Source of the DNA: a virus
IMG/VR virus record: IMGVR_UViG_3300005836_000042
Coordinates: 3,616 to 67,615 of that record
DNA length: 64,000 bases
Reading direction: 5' to 3' (one strand)
Shown: positions 35,889 to 44,633 of the stretch, one piece after another
Layout of the letters: each line of letters opens with the position of its first letter
How positions within the stretch are numbered: position 1 is the stretch's first letter
Made by a program: the position numbers and the translations under genes
Notes under the pieces: generated by a model
Database searches by the model: none
What the model saw: only the letters and a program-made list of their open reading frames with translations
What the model was told of the DNA's origin: nothing

Positions 35889-37987
35889 AGGCTTACAACC
35901 TCAAGGGCGCGCAGCTCATCACCGGGGCTGGTGGCGGTGGTGGTGGGTCGTTCTCTGCTGGGATGTCGAACCTTGGCAACACCGGTGGCACAAGCGGGAT
36001 GGTCAGCGACAGGCTTGTCCTTGTCGGCAGCAACAACATCACCCTCTCGCAGTCGGTCAACGCTGGCTCGGCCACAGTGTCGATCTTCGGCCCGAGCGGC
36101 GGAGGGTTGACCAACATCAACATCTCCGCAGGCACGACGAGCAACAACCTCTCGAATCTCGTCTTCTCGAACTCGAATGGGCTGAGCTTCGGGTTGAACG
36201 GCAGCACGATCACGGGGAGTCACAACGGACTCACGAGCCAGTCGAACCAAGCCTTCTCCGCTGGTGGGGTGTCGAGCGCCTTCGAGACCCTGGTGTTTCA
36301 GGACTCCAACGGGATCAGCTTCAGCAACAACGTGGGGTCGATCCGCCTCACTCATGAGCTGCAGTTCACCTCGAACACCTCTGTCATCACCTCCAACGCG
36401 CTGCACTCAAGCGCTGCTCGCGTCATCAACATCGTCGCCGCTACCAACAACACGGGAGGCGGGACGGCATCGCTGAGCAGCAACGTCAGCTTCTCGGCGG
36501 CGAACGGTCTGACCTTCTACACCTCTGCGGGAAACGCCATCGTCGGCAGCTACAGTGTGCCGACCGTGACCAACTCCTCGATGACGGTGTCGGATGCTGC
36601 GACCAGCGGGACGCTCGCGCGGCTGGCCTTCACCAATCTCAACGGGGTGACCCTCTCGCTCTCGACTGGGGCGGGCGGCTCCCACACCATCGTCGGATCA
36701 CACAACGCCCTGACCAGCCAGAGCAACCAAGCCTTCTCAGCAGGAGCTGCATCCAGTGCGTTCCAGACTCTCGTCTTCCAAGACTCGAACGGGATCTCCT
36801 TCTCGAACAACGCTGGGTCGATCAGGCTGACGCACGGGCTCATGTTCAGCAGCCAGAGCGTGATGAGCGTCTACGCTGTCAGCAACACGACGCAGAGCAG
36901 CAGCGGGACGGTGCCATTCTCGGCGCATAGCTTTGCTGGAGCCGGGGTCGCCTTGGTCGGCGTGAGCAATGGTTCGGTGGTGATCTCGGTCCCGGCTGGT
37001 GGCGGTGGGTTGACCAACATCAACGTGTCTGCCGGGACCACCAGCAACAACCTCTCCAACGTGGTCTTCAGCAACTCGAATGGCGTGAGCTTTGGGCTCA
37101 ACGGCTCGACCATCACGGCGAGCGTCAACGCGGGCGCAGGCGGAGTCGCGGTTGGAGTCTCCACAGGTGGTCACACCGCAGGCAACACCGGGACCTTCTC
37201 CTCAGGAACCATCGTCCTGGCTGGGTCCAGCTCGCTGACTCTTAGCCAGAGCACGGGTGGGGCGGGCGTCCACACGATCTGGCTGCAGCCCGCGATGAGC
37301 CAGCTCACGGCTGGGGCGAACATCACGTTGAGCACCACAGGCTCTACGATCTCGATCATCGGGGCAGGTGGCGGGGGAGCGACGGTTGGCGGCTATCACC
37401 CCTACGACGACTTTGTTCAGGTCGTGGGTCAGGTTGGGCAGGGAACGCTTCAGGTCGATCCTCAGGTGCTGCCCAACGTCTCCTTCGACCGACTCGTCTT
37501 CTACCTGCAGCACTCCAACGCCACCAACTCCTCGGGCTCGCAGACGCTCAGCTTCTGGGTCGGTCTCTACACCCGAACCTCCAACTCCCTCTCGCGCTAC
37601 ACCTCGTGGAGCGTTTCGACAGCGCTGACGCAGTCTGGGACGGTGGGGAGCTACTCGCTCTACTCGGGAGGCAGGGCGTTCCCGCTGACCTTGGCTGCTG
37701 CTACCTCCATTTCCGGTGACCGCTACTGGATCGCCTTCCTCTCTCGAACCACGAGCGGTGGAGCAAACGCCAGCTTCTCGAACTATCTCATCAGCAACAT
37801 CAACTCGCAGTACACCGGGCTCTTTGGAGCTGCGAGCAATGCCTCGATGCAGCCGAAGCTCGGACAGGGGTACTACTCAGCAACGACAAGCGGAATGCCG
37901 AACGCGATTGCATTCGCTGATCTCCAGGGGACCAACTCGGCAGCACGCAGGTTCCCGGTCGTTGGATTCGGGACGAGCACCTACTGA
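35885..37987 (+). CDS. tail fibre with duplicated Ser/Asn/Gly/Thr-rich modules
   Basis: 700 aa; two ~40-aa and two ~46-aa repeats; distinct C-terminal head domain. Confidence 0.75.
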   Translation: MKAYNLKGAQLITGAGGGGGGSFSAGMSNLGNTGGTSGMVSDRLVLVGSNNITLSQSVNAGSATVSIFGPSGGGLTNINISAGTTSNNLSNLVFSNSNGLSFGLNGSTITGSHNGLTSQSNQAFSAGGVSSAFETLVFQDSNGISFSNNVGSIRLTHELQFTSNTSVITSNALHSSAARVINIVAATNNTGGGTASLSSNVSFSAANGLTFYTSAGNAIVGSYSVPTVTNSSMTVSDAATSGTLARLAFTNLNGVTLSLSTGAGGSHTIVGSHNALTSQSNQAFSAGAASSAFQTLVFQDSNGISFSNNAGSIRLTHGLMFSSQSVMSVYAVSNTTQSSSGTVPFSAHSFAGAGVALVGVSNGSVVISVPAGGGGLTNINVSAGTTSNNLSNVVFSNSNGVSFGLNGSTITASVNAGAGGVAVGVSTGGHTAGNTGTFSSGTIVLAGSSSLTLSQSTGGAGVHTIWLQPAMSQLTAGANITLSTTGSTISIIGAGGGGATVGGYHPYDDFVQVVGQVGQGTLQVDPQVLPNVSFDRLVFYLQHSNATNSSGSQTLSFWVGLYTRTSNSLSRYTSWSVSTALTQSGTVGSYSLYSGGRAFPLTLAAATSISGDRYWIAFLSRTTSGGANASFSNYLISNINSQYTGLFGAASNASMQPKLGQGYYSATTSGMPNAIAFADLQGTNSAARRFPVVGFGTSTY

Positions 37988-38349
37988 TGGCCAACATCAT
38001 CAGCGGCACGGTGATCGTGCCCTCGGGGACCAACGAGAGCCCGGTGGGGCACGTTCCGCCTGACGCCAATAGTGCCGAGCTGCGGATGACGCGGCAGAAC
38101 TGGCCTGCCGCAGGAGTCCTCGTCACTCTCTGGGTGAGCTACGACAACCAGGGAAGTTGGGTGGTCGGCAACCAAGCCCAGATCGACCCCGGCGAGCCGA
38201 ACCCGAAGAACGGGATCCTGGCCGACGCTGTCATCGGGATCGGGTGGAGCACACGCCAGCCGACTCACGCCAAGATCGGCACCGTGAATCCCTCGGCTCC
38301 CTTCCAGTCCACGATAGCGATCACGGTCTTCCGAGATGGCGTACAGTAA
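37987..38349 (+). CDS. hypothetical tail-associated protein
   Basis: 120 aa, TGATG coupling. Confidence 0.7.
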   Translation: MANIISGTVIVPSGTNESPVGHVPPDANSAELRMTRQNWPAAGVLVTLWVSYDNQGSWVVGNQAQIDPGEPNPKNGILADAVIGIGWSTRQPTHAKIGTVNPSAPFQSTIAITVFRDGVQ

Positions 38350-39028
38350 CTCTTGGACGAACTCGACGCCTGCCACATCTCTCGCGGTGACCGTCTCTCC
38401 CACCGCGCACGACGTGCTGCTGTTCTGGGCGGTGGTGGACCTGAGCGGAGAGACGCCGAACCCCTTCACTTGGCCGAGCGGCTTCAGCGAGATCGTCCGC
38501 CAGAACACAACGGGCGACGGTCAGACCCTTGCGGTCGCGATCAAGGCTGATGCATCCGGCTCGGAGACCTCGCTCACGGTGACTTCCGACCACAACAAGA
38601 TCGGGGGAGTGGTCGCATTCTCTGGGCGGGACAACGCGAGCCCCCAGGACTTCACGGCAAACGTGACCAACACGAATACGCCCGTGAGCAGTCCTCTCAG
38701 CATAACGTCTGGATCGGTGACGCCCGGGAACGACGACTGCGACTTCTTGGCCGTCTTTGGTGAGGACACGCTCGGGAACCCCGTCACCGGTTGCACCTTC
38801 TCGACCGCGAGCGGGACGACGGGAGCATGGACGACGCGCCACAACCAGACTGACGGCGGTTTTACGAACGTCTCAGCAGGCACGGCCAACCAGACGACAG
38901 CGGGAGCCGTCACTATCAACGGCAGCGCCACCTACACGGGCACTGCAGACGGTGCCTTGGCTATCATAGGGCTCAAGTCGTCAGGGGCTCCGCCTGCAGC
39001 GATCTACGCCCCCGGCTACTACGTCTGA
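38336..39028 (+). CDS. Thr/Ser-rich beta-sandwich surface/tail protein
   Basis: 230 aa; DVLLFW...WPSGFSEI...AVAIKAD pattern. Confidence 0.65.
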   Translation: MAYSNSWTNSTPATSLAVTVSPTAHDVLLFWAVVDLSGETPNPFTWPSGFSEIVRQNTTGDGQTLAVAIKADASGSETSLTVTSDHNKIGGVVAFSGRDNASPQDFTANVTNTNTPVSSPLSITSGSVTPGNDDCDFLAVFGEDTLGNPVTGCTFSTASGTTGAWTTRHNQTDGGFTNVSAGTANQTTAGAVTINGSATYTGTADGALAIIGLKSSGAPPAAIYAPGYYV

Positions 39029-39038
39029 GAGAGGAAGA

Positions 39039-39755
39039 ATGAAGCCGACCATCCTGACTGCGGAGACGATGGGAGCACACAACGCAGCGATCTCGGCCTC
39101 ACGCTCGCGCATCCTGAAGAGTGGAAGCTGGAAGAAGCAGAGGATCATCAAGATCCTCCCAGCCGACATGATGCTTCCGGCGCGTGTTGCGCTCGCGCAC
39201 GAGTGCCTAGCCTACCCACCGAACAACGTCGTCTATCGGATGCTCTGTCAAGGGATGGAGGTGGGAGACGCCTACTCGTCTGCCATCGAACAGATCCTCG
39301 CCAATCCGGAGCTGTCGAGCTGGGAGTACCTGCTCACGGTCGAGCACGACAACGCCCCGCCTGGAGACGGTGTGCTGCGTCTACTGGAGCGGATGGAAGC
39401 ACACCCTGAGTTCGCCGCGATCAGTGGGCTCTACTGGACGAAAGGACCAGACGGCGTCCCCCAGATCTGGGGGGACCCGAAGGATCCAGTGCTAAACTTC
39501 AGACCTCAACCTCCTGATCCTGACGGTGGGCTCAAGGAGTGTTGTGGGATCGGGATGGGCTTTGCGTTGTTCCGTATCAAGATGTTCAAGAATCCGGATC
39601 TTCGTCGTCCCTGGTTCGTGACGCAGCGTGCCCAAGGCATCGCGACACAGGATCTCTACTTCTGGGCTGACGCCCGCAAGTACGGCTACCGTTGCGCGGT
39701 GGACTGCTCTGTCAAGGTTGGGCACTACGATGTCGCCAACGACGTGATGTGGTAG
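39039..39755 (+). CDS. GT-A fold glycosyltransferase-like protein
   Basis: LLTVEHDN (DxD-equivalent), GMGFALF, QDLYF...GYRCAVDCSVKVGH. Confidence 0.7.
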   Translation: MKPTILTAETMGAHNAAISASRSRILKSGSWKKQRIIKILPADMMLPARVALAHECLAYPPNNVVYRMLCQGMEVGDAYSSAIEQILANPELSSWEYLLTVEHDNAPPGDGVLRLLERMEAHPEFAAISGLYWTKGPDGVPQIWGDPKDPVLNFRPQPPDPDGGLKECCGIGMGFALFRIKMFKNPDLRRPWFVTQRAQGIATQDLYFWADARKYGYRCAVDCSVKVGHYDVANDVMW

Positions 39756-39763
39756 GAGGCTCA

Positions 39764-40342
39764 ATGGCAGGGAAGGCGAAGAAGCGCAAGGCGCAGGCTG
39801 TTGCAGTGAAGCGGGAGAAGCTGCCTCCTCCGCTGAAGCTCGACCTGGGCTGCGGGAAGAACCCACGCGAGGGCTTCGAGGGGGTCGACGTCCGAGACTT
39901 CGGCCAGAAGTACACGGTGGACCTGGGGAACGCGAAGTGGCCCTGGAAGGACAACACCGTCGAGGAAGCGCACTGCTCCCACATGGTCGAACATCTTGGA
40001 CCCGAGGAGAGGATCCACTTCGTCAACGAGCTGTGGCGAGTCCTGAGGCCTGGGGGGCAGTGTCAGGTGATCACGCCCCACTGGGCCAGCTCCCGTGCCT
40101 ACGGAGACCTGACCCACAAGTGGCCTCCGGTCTCGGAGTTCTGGTTCTACTACCTGCGGAAGGAGTGGAGAGCAGTCAACGCTCCCCACAACGATGGCTA
40201 CACCTGCGACTTCGAGGTGACCTGGGGGCATACGATCCATCCCGCGCTTGCTGGACGCAACCAGGAGTACCTCTCTGATGCCCTGGCGTGGAAGAAGGAA
40301 GCTGCGCAGGACATGATCGCGACCTTCACGAAGAGGCCCTGA
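39764..40342 (+). CDS. class I SAM-dependent methyltransferase
   Basis: KLDLGCG motif I, WPWKDNTV...HMVEHL, ELWRVLRPGG. Confidence 0.9.
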   Translation: MAGKAKKRKAQAVAVKREKLPPPLKLDLGCGKNPREGFEGVDVRDFGQKYTVDLGNAKWPWKDNTVEEAHCSHMVEHLGPEERIHFVNELWRVLRPGGQCQVITPHWASSRAYGDLTHKWPPVSEFWFYYLRKEWRAVNAPHNDGYTCDFEVTWGHTIHPALAGRNQEYLSDALAWKKEAAQDMIATFTKRP

Positions 40343-40354
40343 GGAGGAGGAGAG

Positions 40355-40642
40355 ATGGTTCAGCGCGATGACGAAGCCCAAGAGGAGTTGAGCAGCAAAA
40401 TCAACAGCCATGACCGGTGGCTGCTGACGTTCCTTGGGTTAATACTAGCAAGCGCGCTGACTTGGCTCTCAACCAACTACATCACAACGCTGCGCTTGGA
40501 TGCAACATTGGCACTTGAAAAGGCTCGTGCGAACGAGACGGCAATCAAGGTGCAGGAGTCTGAGTACGCTCAGATCAAGAGTGATCTCAAGGAGCTGAAG
40601 GACGGTCAGAAGGAGCTGCTTCGTGAGATCGCGAAGAAGTGA
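40355..40642 (+). CDS. single-TM coiled-coil protein (holin- or spanin-like)
   Basis: WLLTFLGLILASALTWL TM then heptads; last gene of the late operon. Confidence 0.55.
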   Translation: MVQRDDEAQEELSSKINSHDRWLLTFLGLILASALTWLSTNYITTLRLDATLALEKARANETAIKVQESEYAQIKSDLKELKDGQKELLREIAKK

Positions 40643-40752
40643 GAGCGTGGGGGCTAGGTAACCCCGGTGGGTCCCGGTGCCCTAGCCCCCTCCCCAGGGT
40701 GGCCCCACGCTCAGCTTGGATGATAGGAAATTCCTGGGGTATCTGCAACTCA

Positions 40753-40869
40753 CTAGCTACGGTGCATCCGTTGCAGGAAGAGCTTGAGGAGCAGTAGGCC
40801 AACGAGTAGTGCCCCAAGTGCAAATCCCCCCACGAAGGCCATGAAGTGAGTGAGAAGTGCGAGCGTCAT
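40753..40869 (-). CDS. small membrane protein (38 aa)
   Basis: MTLALLTHFMAFVGGFALGALLVGLLLLKLF; coupled to upstream ORF. Confidence 0.55.
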   Translation of the reverse strand: MTLALLTHFMAFVGGFALGALLVGLLLLKLFLQRMHRS

Positions 40870-41057
40870 ACGCGGGGAGCGGGAAGGATGCGCCCGTCTC
40901 CAAAGCAGCGTGGGCAGATGTCGGTCTGACCTTCGCCTCTGTTGCGGGTGACCCTCCCAGCACCCTTGCACCGGCGGCAGGGGTCCTCGAACTTGGGCAG
41001 CCCACCAGGAATGATGCGCATCGCCTTCTTGTGCTTGGTGTCCTTACTTTTGGTCAT
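40866..41057 (-). CDS. DnaJ-type CxxCxGxG zinc-finger microprotein
   Basis: CRRCKGAG...CPRCFGDG. Confidence 0.65.
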   Translation of the reverse strand: MTKSKDTKHKKAMRIIPGGLPKFEDPCRRCKGAGRVTRNRGEGQTDICPRCFGDGRILPAPRV

Positions 41058-41595
41058 AGAGGTAGGTAGGGACGTCCATGTGGCCACGGTAGAAGAACCA
41101 ATGACCGGATGGGAGCGGGACGTACTCGCGCTCTGCGCGCTCGGCAGCTGAGCGCAGCAAGCTGGCTGCAGCGTCATAGGCCTGCTGGTTGTGGAAGAGG
41201 CTCCGGGCACAGGCCCAGGCAGCTGTCTCGTTCTCGCCTGCGACGGAGAAGAACTTGGTGGGCTTGGTGGCATGGCCAAGAGCGACGTGGCAAACCTCGT
41301 GGGCAGCGATCAGGTCTTGGGCAGTGCAGGGCAGCAGGAGAGCCATGTCGTAGCGGAGGTAGATGGTTCGGTCCCAGGTGAGGCTCGACTTGACCCAAGC
41401 GACCGCTCGGGTTTCCATGACTGTGCCCTGTTGGGAGATCCCTCTTGGGGCGTCTTCGCGAGGGCGGATCTCGACCTTCATCGGGGTGGCCACTCCCAGC
41501 CGCGCTGCAGCGAGAGCAGCTGCCCGTCCGAAGTAGTAGACCCCATCCGAGCAGGCAACCGGAACGGTGAGGAACATGACGAGGAGGAAGTTCAC
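41044..41595 (-). CDS. membrane-anchored or exported zincin-like metallopeptidase
   Basis: Hydrophobic N-terminus ending VPVA-C; AAHEVCHVALGH (HExxH-x4-H). Confidence 0.6.
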   Translation of the reverse strand: MNFLLVMFLTVPVACSDGVYYFGRAAALAAARLGVATPMKVEIRPREDAPRGISQQGTVMETRAVAWVKSSLTWDRTIYLRYDMALLLPCTAQDLIAAHEVCHVALGHATKPTKFFSVAGENETAAWACARSLFHNQQAYDAAASLLRSAAERAEREYVPLPSGHWFFYRGHMDVPTYLYDQK

Positions 41596-41605
41596 TCAGG
41601 ACTCC

Positions 41606-41639
41606 AGAAAAAAGAAAGAGGGGAGGTTGCCCTCCCCTC
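41606..41639 (-). terminator. intrinsic terminator
   Basis: Minus strand GAGGGGAGG-GCAA-CCTCCCCTC followed by TTTCTTTTTT. Confidence 0.85.
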
Positions 41640-41645
41640 ACCGGG

Positions 41646-42479
41646 TCAGTCGTGCTTCGAGAGGCAGCCAGCTGCAGACTGGCCGGGGTTCAGCTCGAAG
41701 TGCTTGCTGCTGACCCCAGGGAACGACAGGCCACAGAGGTGGTTCTGTGCGTTCCAGCTGAGGAACCCAGGCTGAGCAAGGCAGCGGTTCTTGCCGTCGT
41801 CGCCGGGCACGTTGTAGTAGCAGATTCCGGGTGGGTCGTCAGTGGGGCAGGTGGTCGCAACCTCGCGGATCTCGTAGTAGGGCTCCCCCTTGTCGCGGAC
41901 TTCTTTGGTGCACGAGTTCTGCTCCTGCTTGACGACCAGACGTCGCTGCGACTTGCTGCACTGAGTCGACACGAAGTCGGTCCAGTCCTGGATGACGCGC
42001 ACGGTTTCGATCGTGCTCCAGTAGGGGGTGCAGCGGTTGCGGCACTCCGTCACCTTCGGGGAGTGAGGGTCGCTGAAGGGCCTGCCGTTGATATCGAAGT
42101 AGCAGTGGCCAGCCGGTGGTCCGCTGAGCGGCTCGGCATCGGACTGGCGACAGGCGTCGAAGCCACGGTCGAAGCCACCTCCGGTTTTCAGGGTGTCGAC
42201 CTTGTCGTCCGTGTGGGCAGGGCCGTCGAAGGACGTGGAGTAGGTGAGGACTTGAGCGTAGGGAGCACCACCGTTGTACTTCACCGTCATGGTGGCGCCG
42301 CCGGAACAGGAGACCTCCCAGGCAGGAACGTCGTTGGGGGCAAAAGCCGGGGTCGCGGTGGGAACGGGTGCAGCCACGACGGCCTTGGCAGGGGGAACGA
42401 CGATGGGTTTGGTGGGCAGAGGGGATTCCCCACAGCTTGCTGCGAGCAGGGCAGCCCCGAGAAGGGCACGCTTGCGCAC
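41646..42479 (-). CDS. Cys-rich lipoprotein
   Basis: MRKRALLGAALLAAS-C lipobox; 13 Cys; Pro/Ala linker; AAGGAGG SD. Confidence 0.75.
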   Translation of the reverse strand: MRKRALLGAALLAASCGESPLPTKPIVVPPAKAVVAAPVPTATPAFAPNDVPAWEVSCSGGATMTVKYNGGAPYAQVLTYSTSFDGPAHTDDKVDTLKTGGGFDRGFDACRQSDAEPLSGPPAGHCYFDINGRPFSDPHSPKVTECRNRCTPYWSTIETVRVIQDWTDFVSTQCSKSQRRLVVKQEQNSCTKEVRDKGEPYYEIREVATTCPTDDPPGICYYNVPGDDGKNRCLAQPGFLSWNAQNHLCGLSFPGVSSKHFELNPGQSAAGCLSKHD

Positions 42480-42483
42480 GGTA

Positions 42484-42663
42484 TTACGCCTCCTTGTAGC
42501 GGTTGATGGTGTTGTAGAGGGTGTTGGGACTGAAGCCGAAATGCTTCGCGACCTGCGCGTCCGTCAGCTTGTGCTCCTTCTTGAACGCGATGATCTTCCG
42601 CAGCTCGGTCCGGGAAGCGATGCGAGGATGACGACCCTTGCCGCCGTTGCTCTTCTTCTTCAT
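42484..42663 (-). CDS. small helix-turn-helix DNA-binding protein
   Basis: LTDAQVAKHFGFSPNTLYNTI; ATG overlaps the polymerase stop. Confidence 0.7.
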   Translation of the reverse strand: MKKKSNGGKGRHPRIASRTELRKIIAFKKEHKLTDAQVAKHFGFSPNTLYNTINRYKEA

Positions 42664-43943
42664 GCAGCTTTCTCCATCTCGCCCCAATTGGGTCCGATCT
42701 TGACGTCAGCACCGATGACGAGGGGCAGCGCTCCGGTGACTCCAGGAGGGGTGAAGCCTTCAAACCTGGAGATTTGCATACTTCTACGCAACTTGTCAAC
42801 GAATTGTTGGAGACACCCCTCCCTGACCTCCGAGAGGATCTCGTCATGGATCAGGGCTCGAAGGGGAGTCTCCCCATTTGGCCCCATGTCTCCAACGTAG
42901 TTGGGGCTCTGGGGGTCGGTCAGATCGAGGACTGTGTCGTAGAGGATCCCAGCTGCGGTCGACTGCGGGTAGAAAGCGATCACCCTGTTCCAGTCGGAGC
43001 CCTTGACCATCTGTCCGGTTGCAGCGTCGAGCTTGGTGACGTCCCAGAACCAGTGCTTGAACCGATAGGGGTGGTCGTTTCCACCCAGGAAGTTCTCCTT
43101 AGCAGCGCGGGTCCTGAGGTTGCCATGCCAGATCTTCAGCTTGGGACACAGGTCCAGGTAGAAGTTCTGCATCTGCTCCGCGATAGCGATCGAGGGGAAC
43201 TGCTCGGGAGCCGCAAGGTTCATCATCGCGGGAGAGCCACCGTAGTTGGTGAGGTGCACCGTGCGCTTTAGCGCGTGGTAGGTGTCGCTGTCGTGGAAGC
43301 GGTCCTTGATGTTCTTCAGGAACGCCTTGAGCTTCTCGTCTGGCCATGCAAGATCCGCCGGTTCCCCCACTTTATGGGAGGTGAGGTAGGAGTGGATGCC
43401 GTACTTGGCGAGCCTCATATAGTCGGCATCGTTCGCGTACCAGCCAGTCAGTACTGCTTCGATGCCAGCGAAGTCGGCACCAACCAGCTTGCAGCCGGGT
43501 AACGCAACAATGGCCGTGCGGAACTGCTTCTGGAGCGAGTCGTCCCCGTCCTCGTCGGAGGGCTGGGGGATGTTCTGGAAGTTGGGCTCTGCGGAGCTGA
43601 GCCGCCACGTCGAGGGGACGTGTGGGAACTGCGGGTGGAAGCGGTCGTTCTCGTCGAGCAGCCCTAGGATGCTGTTGACGTAGGTTCCTTCCAGCTTGCT
43701 GAGCTTACGCCACTGCAGGATGTAGCCGAAGAAGGCATCCTTCTTGGCGAAGCGCTTGAGTGTCCCCTCGTCGGTGGAGGGCTTCCCGGTCTTGGAGTGC
43801 TTGCTGGGCTTCGACGTCTTCCCGACTACCTCCATGTACTTGATGATGTGGTCGGGGCTAGCTGGGTTGAACTTGTCGTGGACGAACCACCGCTCGACGT
43901 CGCACATCTCGTAGGTCAGGTGGTCAGGAAGAGGCTTGCTCAC
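42660..43943 (-). CDS. polA: family A DNA polymerase, polymerase half (thumb/palm/fingers)
   Basis: FNPxSP, STDEGTL, RLSSAEPNFQNIP, motif A DFAGIE, motif B KRTVHLTNYG, motif C IHDEI; own GAGG SD and GTG at 43943. Confidence 0.92.
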   Translation of the reverse strand: MSKPLPDHLTYEMCDVERWFVHDKFNPASPDHIIKYMEVVGKTSKPSKHSKTGKPSTDEGTLKRFAKKDAFFGYILQWRKLSKLEGTYVNSILGLLDENDRFHPQFPHVPSTWRLSSAEPNFQNIPQPSDEDGDDSLQKQFRTAIVALPGCKLVGADFAGIEAVLTGWYANDADYMRLAKYGIHSYLTSHKVGEPADLAWPDEKLKAFLKNIKDRFHDSDTYHALKRTVHLTNYGGSPAMMNLAAPEQFPSIAIAEQMQNFYLDLCPKLKIWHGNLRTRAAKENFLGGNDHPYRFKHWFWDVTKLDAATGQMVKGSDWNRVIAFYPQSTAAGILYDTVLDLTDPQSPNYVGDMGPNGETPLRALIHDEILSEVREGCLQQFVDKLRRSMQISRFEGFTPPGVTGALPLVIGADVKIGPNWGEMEKAA

Positions 43944-44488
43944 TGCTTTTTCCTCGCAGCACGGTCTGGGTAGCACATATGGCAGAAGCCATCTGGGCCG
44001 ATGACGCAGCCGTGAATCACCAGTTCTCTCCCCTCGGGAGAGAGCTGTCGCGGCTCAGAGTAGGCAGTGGTGTCGTCCATTCGGGCTCGCTGAAGCTCCG
44101 CGAGGCGGGCCTCGGCAGCTTCCCGCTTCCGCTCCTCGGCCATGATGAGCTGGTCCGTCTCTTCCTGTCGGTCGATCAGGGCATTCTTGGCGGCGGCAAG
44201 CTTGGCGCGGAGATCGGCCAGATCGCAGTGCGAGCAGCCAATCTCGTGAGCCGCAATGGCGTCTTTCTCGTGTGCCAATCTGAGCGCCTCCTGCGCCTCC
44301 CGCAGCTCGCGGGTCAGGCGGTCGTGGTCGGAGAGCAGTAGCCGCAAGGCTATAGCGTCGTCCTCGCGCATGTTCACGGGAACCAACAGCCCGAGAGTCC
44401 TCTTGCCAAGTTGGGCCAAGGCCGACTCGATCACCGAAGCCCATCGAGCCAACCGCTCCTTCGCCCGCTCCACGTCGCTCTCAGCCAC
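43940..44488 (-). CDS. coiled-coil hypothetical protein with C-terminal Cys motif
   Basis: 182 aa; stop overlaps the polymerase-half start. Confidence 0.7.
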   Translation of the reverse strand: MAESDVERAKERLARWASVIESALAQLGKRTLGLLVPVNMREDDAIALRLLLSDHDRLTRELREAQEALRLAHEKDAIAAHEIGCSHCDLADLRAKLAAAKNALIDRQEETDQLIMAEERKREAAEARLAELQRARMDDTTAYSEPRQLSPEGRELVIHGCVIGPDGFCHMCYPDRAARKKQ

Positions 44489-44633
44489 GGGTCAACTTCT
44501 CCCCGACTTCCACGTCAGTGTCGTCTCTGAGCGGAACTTCACTCCCAGTCACCCACCACAGCCCGTCGTACCAATGGGCCGGTTGCCACTCTCCATCCTG
44601 CACGCGAATCCAGTAGTAGCCATCGCGGTTCAT
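44481..44633 (-). CDS. Trp-rich 50-aa protein (MNRDGYYWIRVQDGEWQPAHWYDGLWWV...)
   Basis: Read manually; TGATG coupling; fills the gap exactly. Confidence 0.65.
   Translation of the reverse strand: MNRDGYYWIRVQDGEWQPAHWYDGLWWVTGSEVPLRDDTDVEVGEKLTRG

Noticed and set aside
35885-37987. Diversity-generating retroelement TR/VR in the fibre repeats
   Set aside because: No reverse transcriptase in the window; repeat differences are mostly synonymous, not adenine-specific, and not at the C-terminal end
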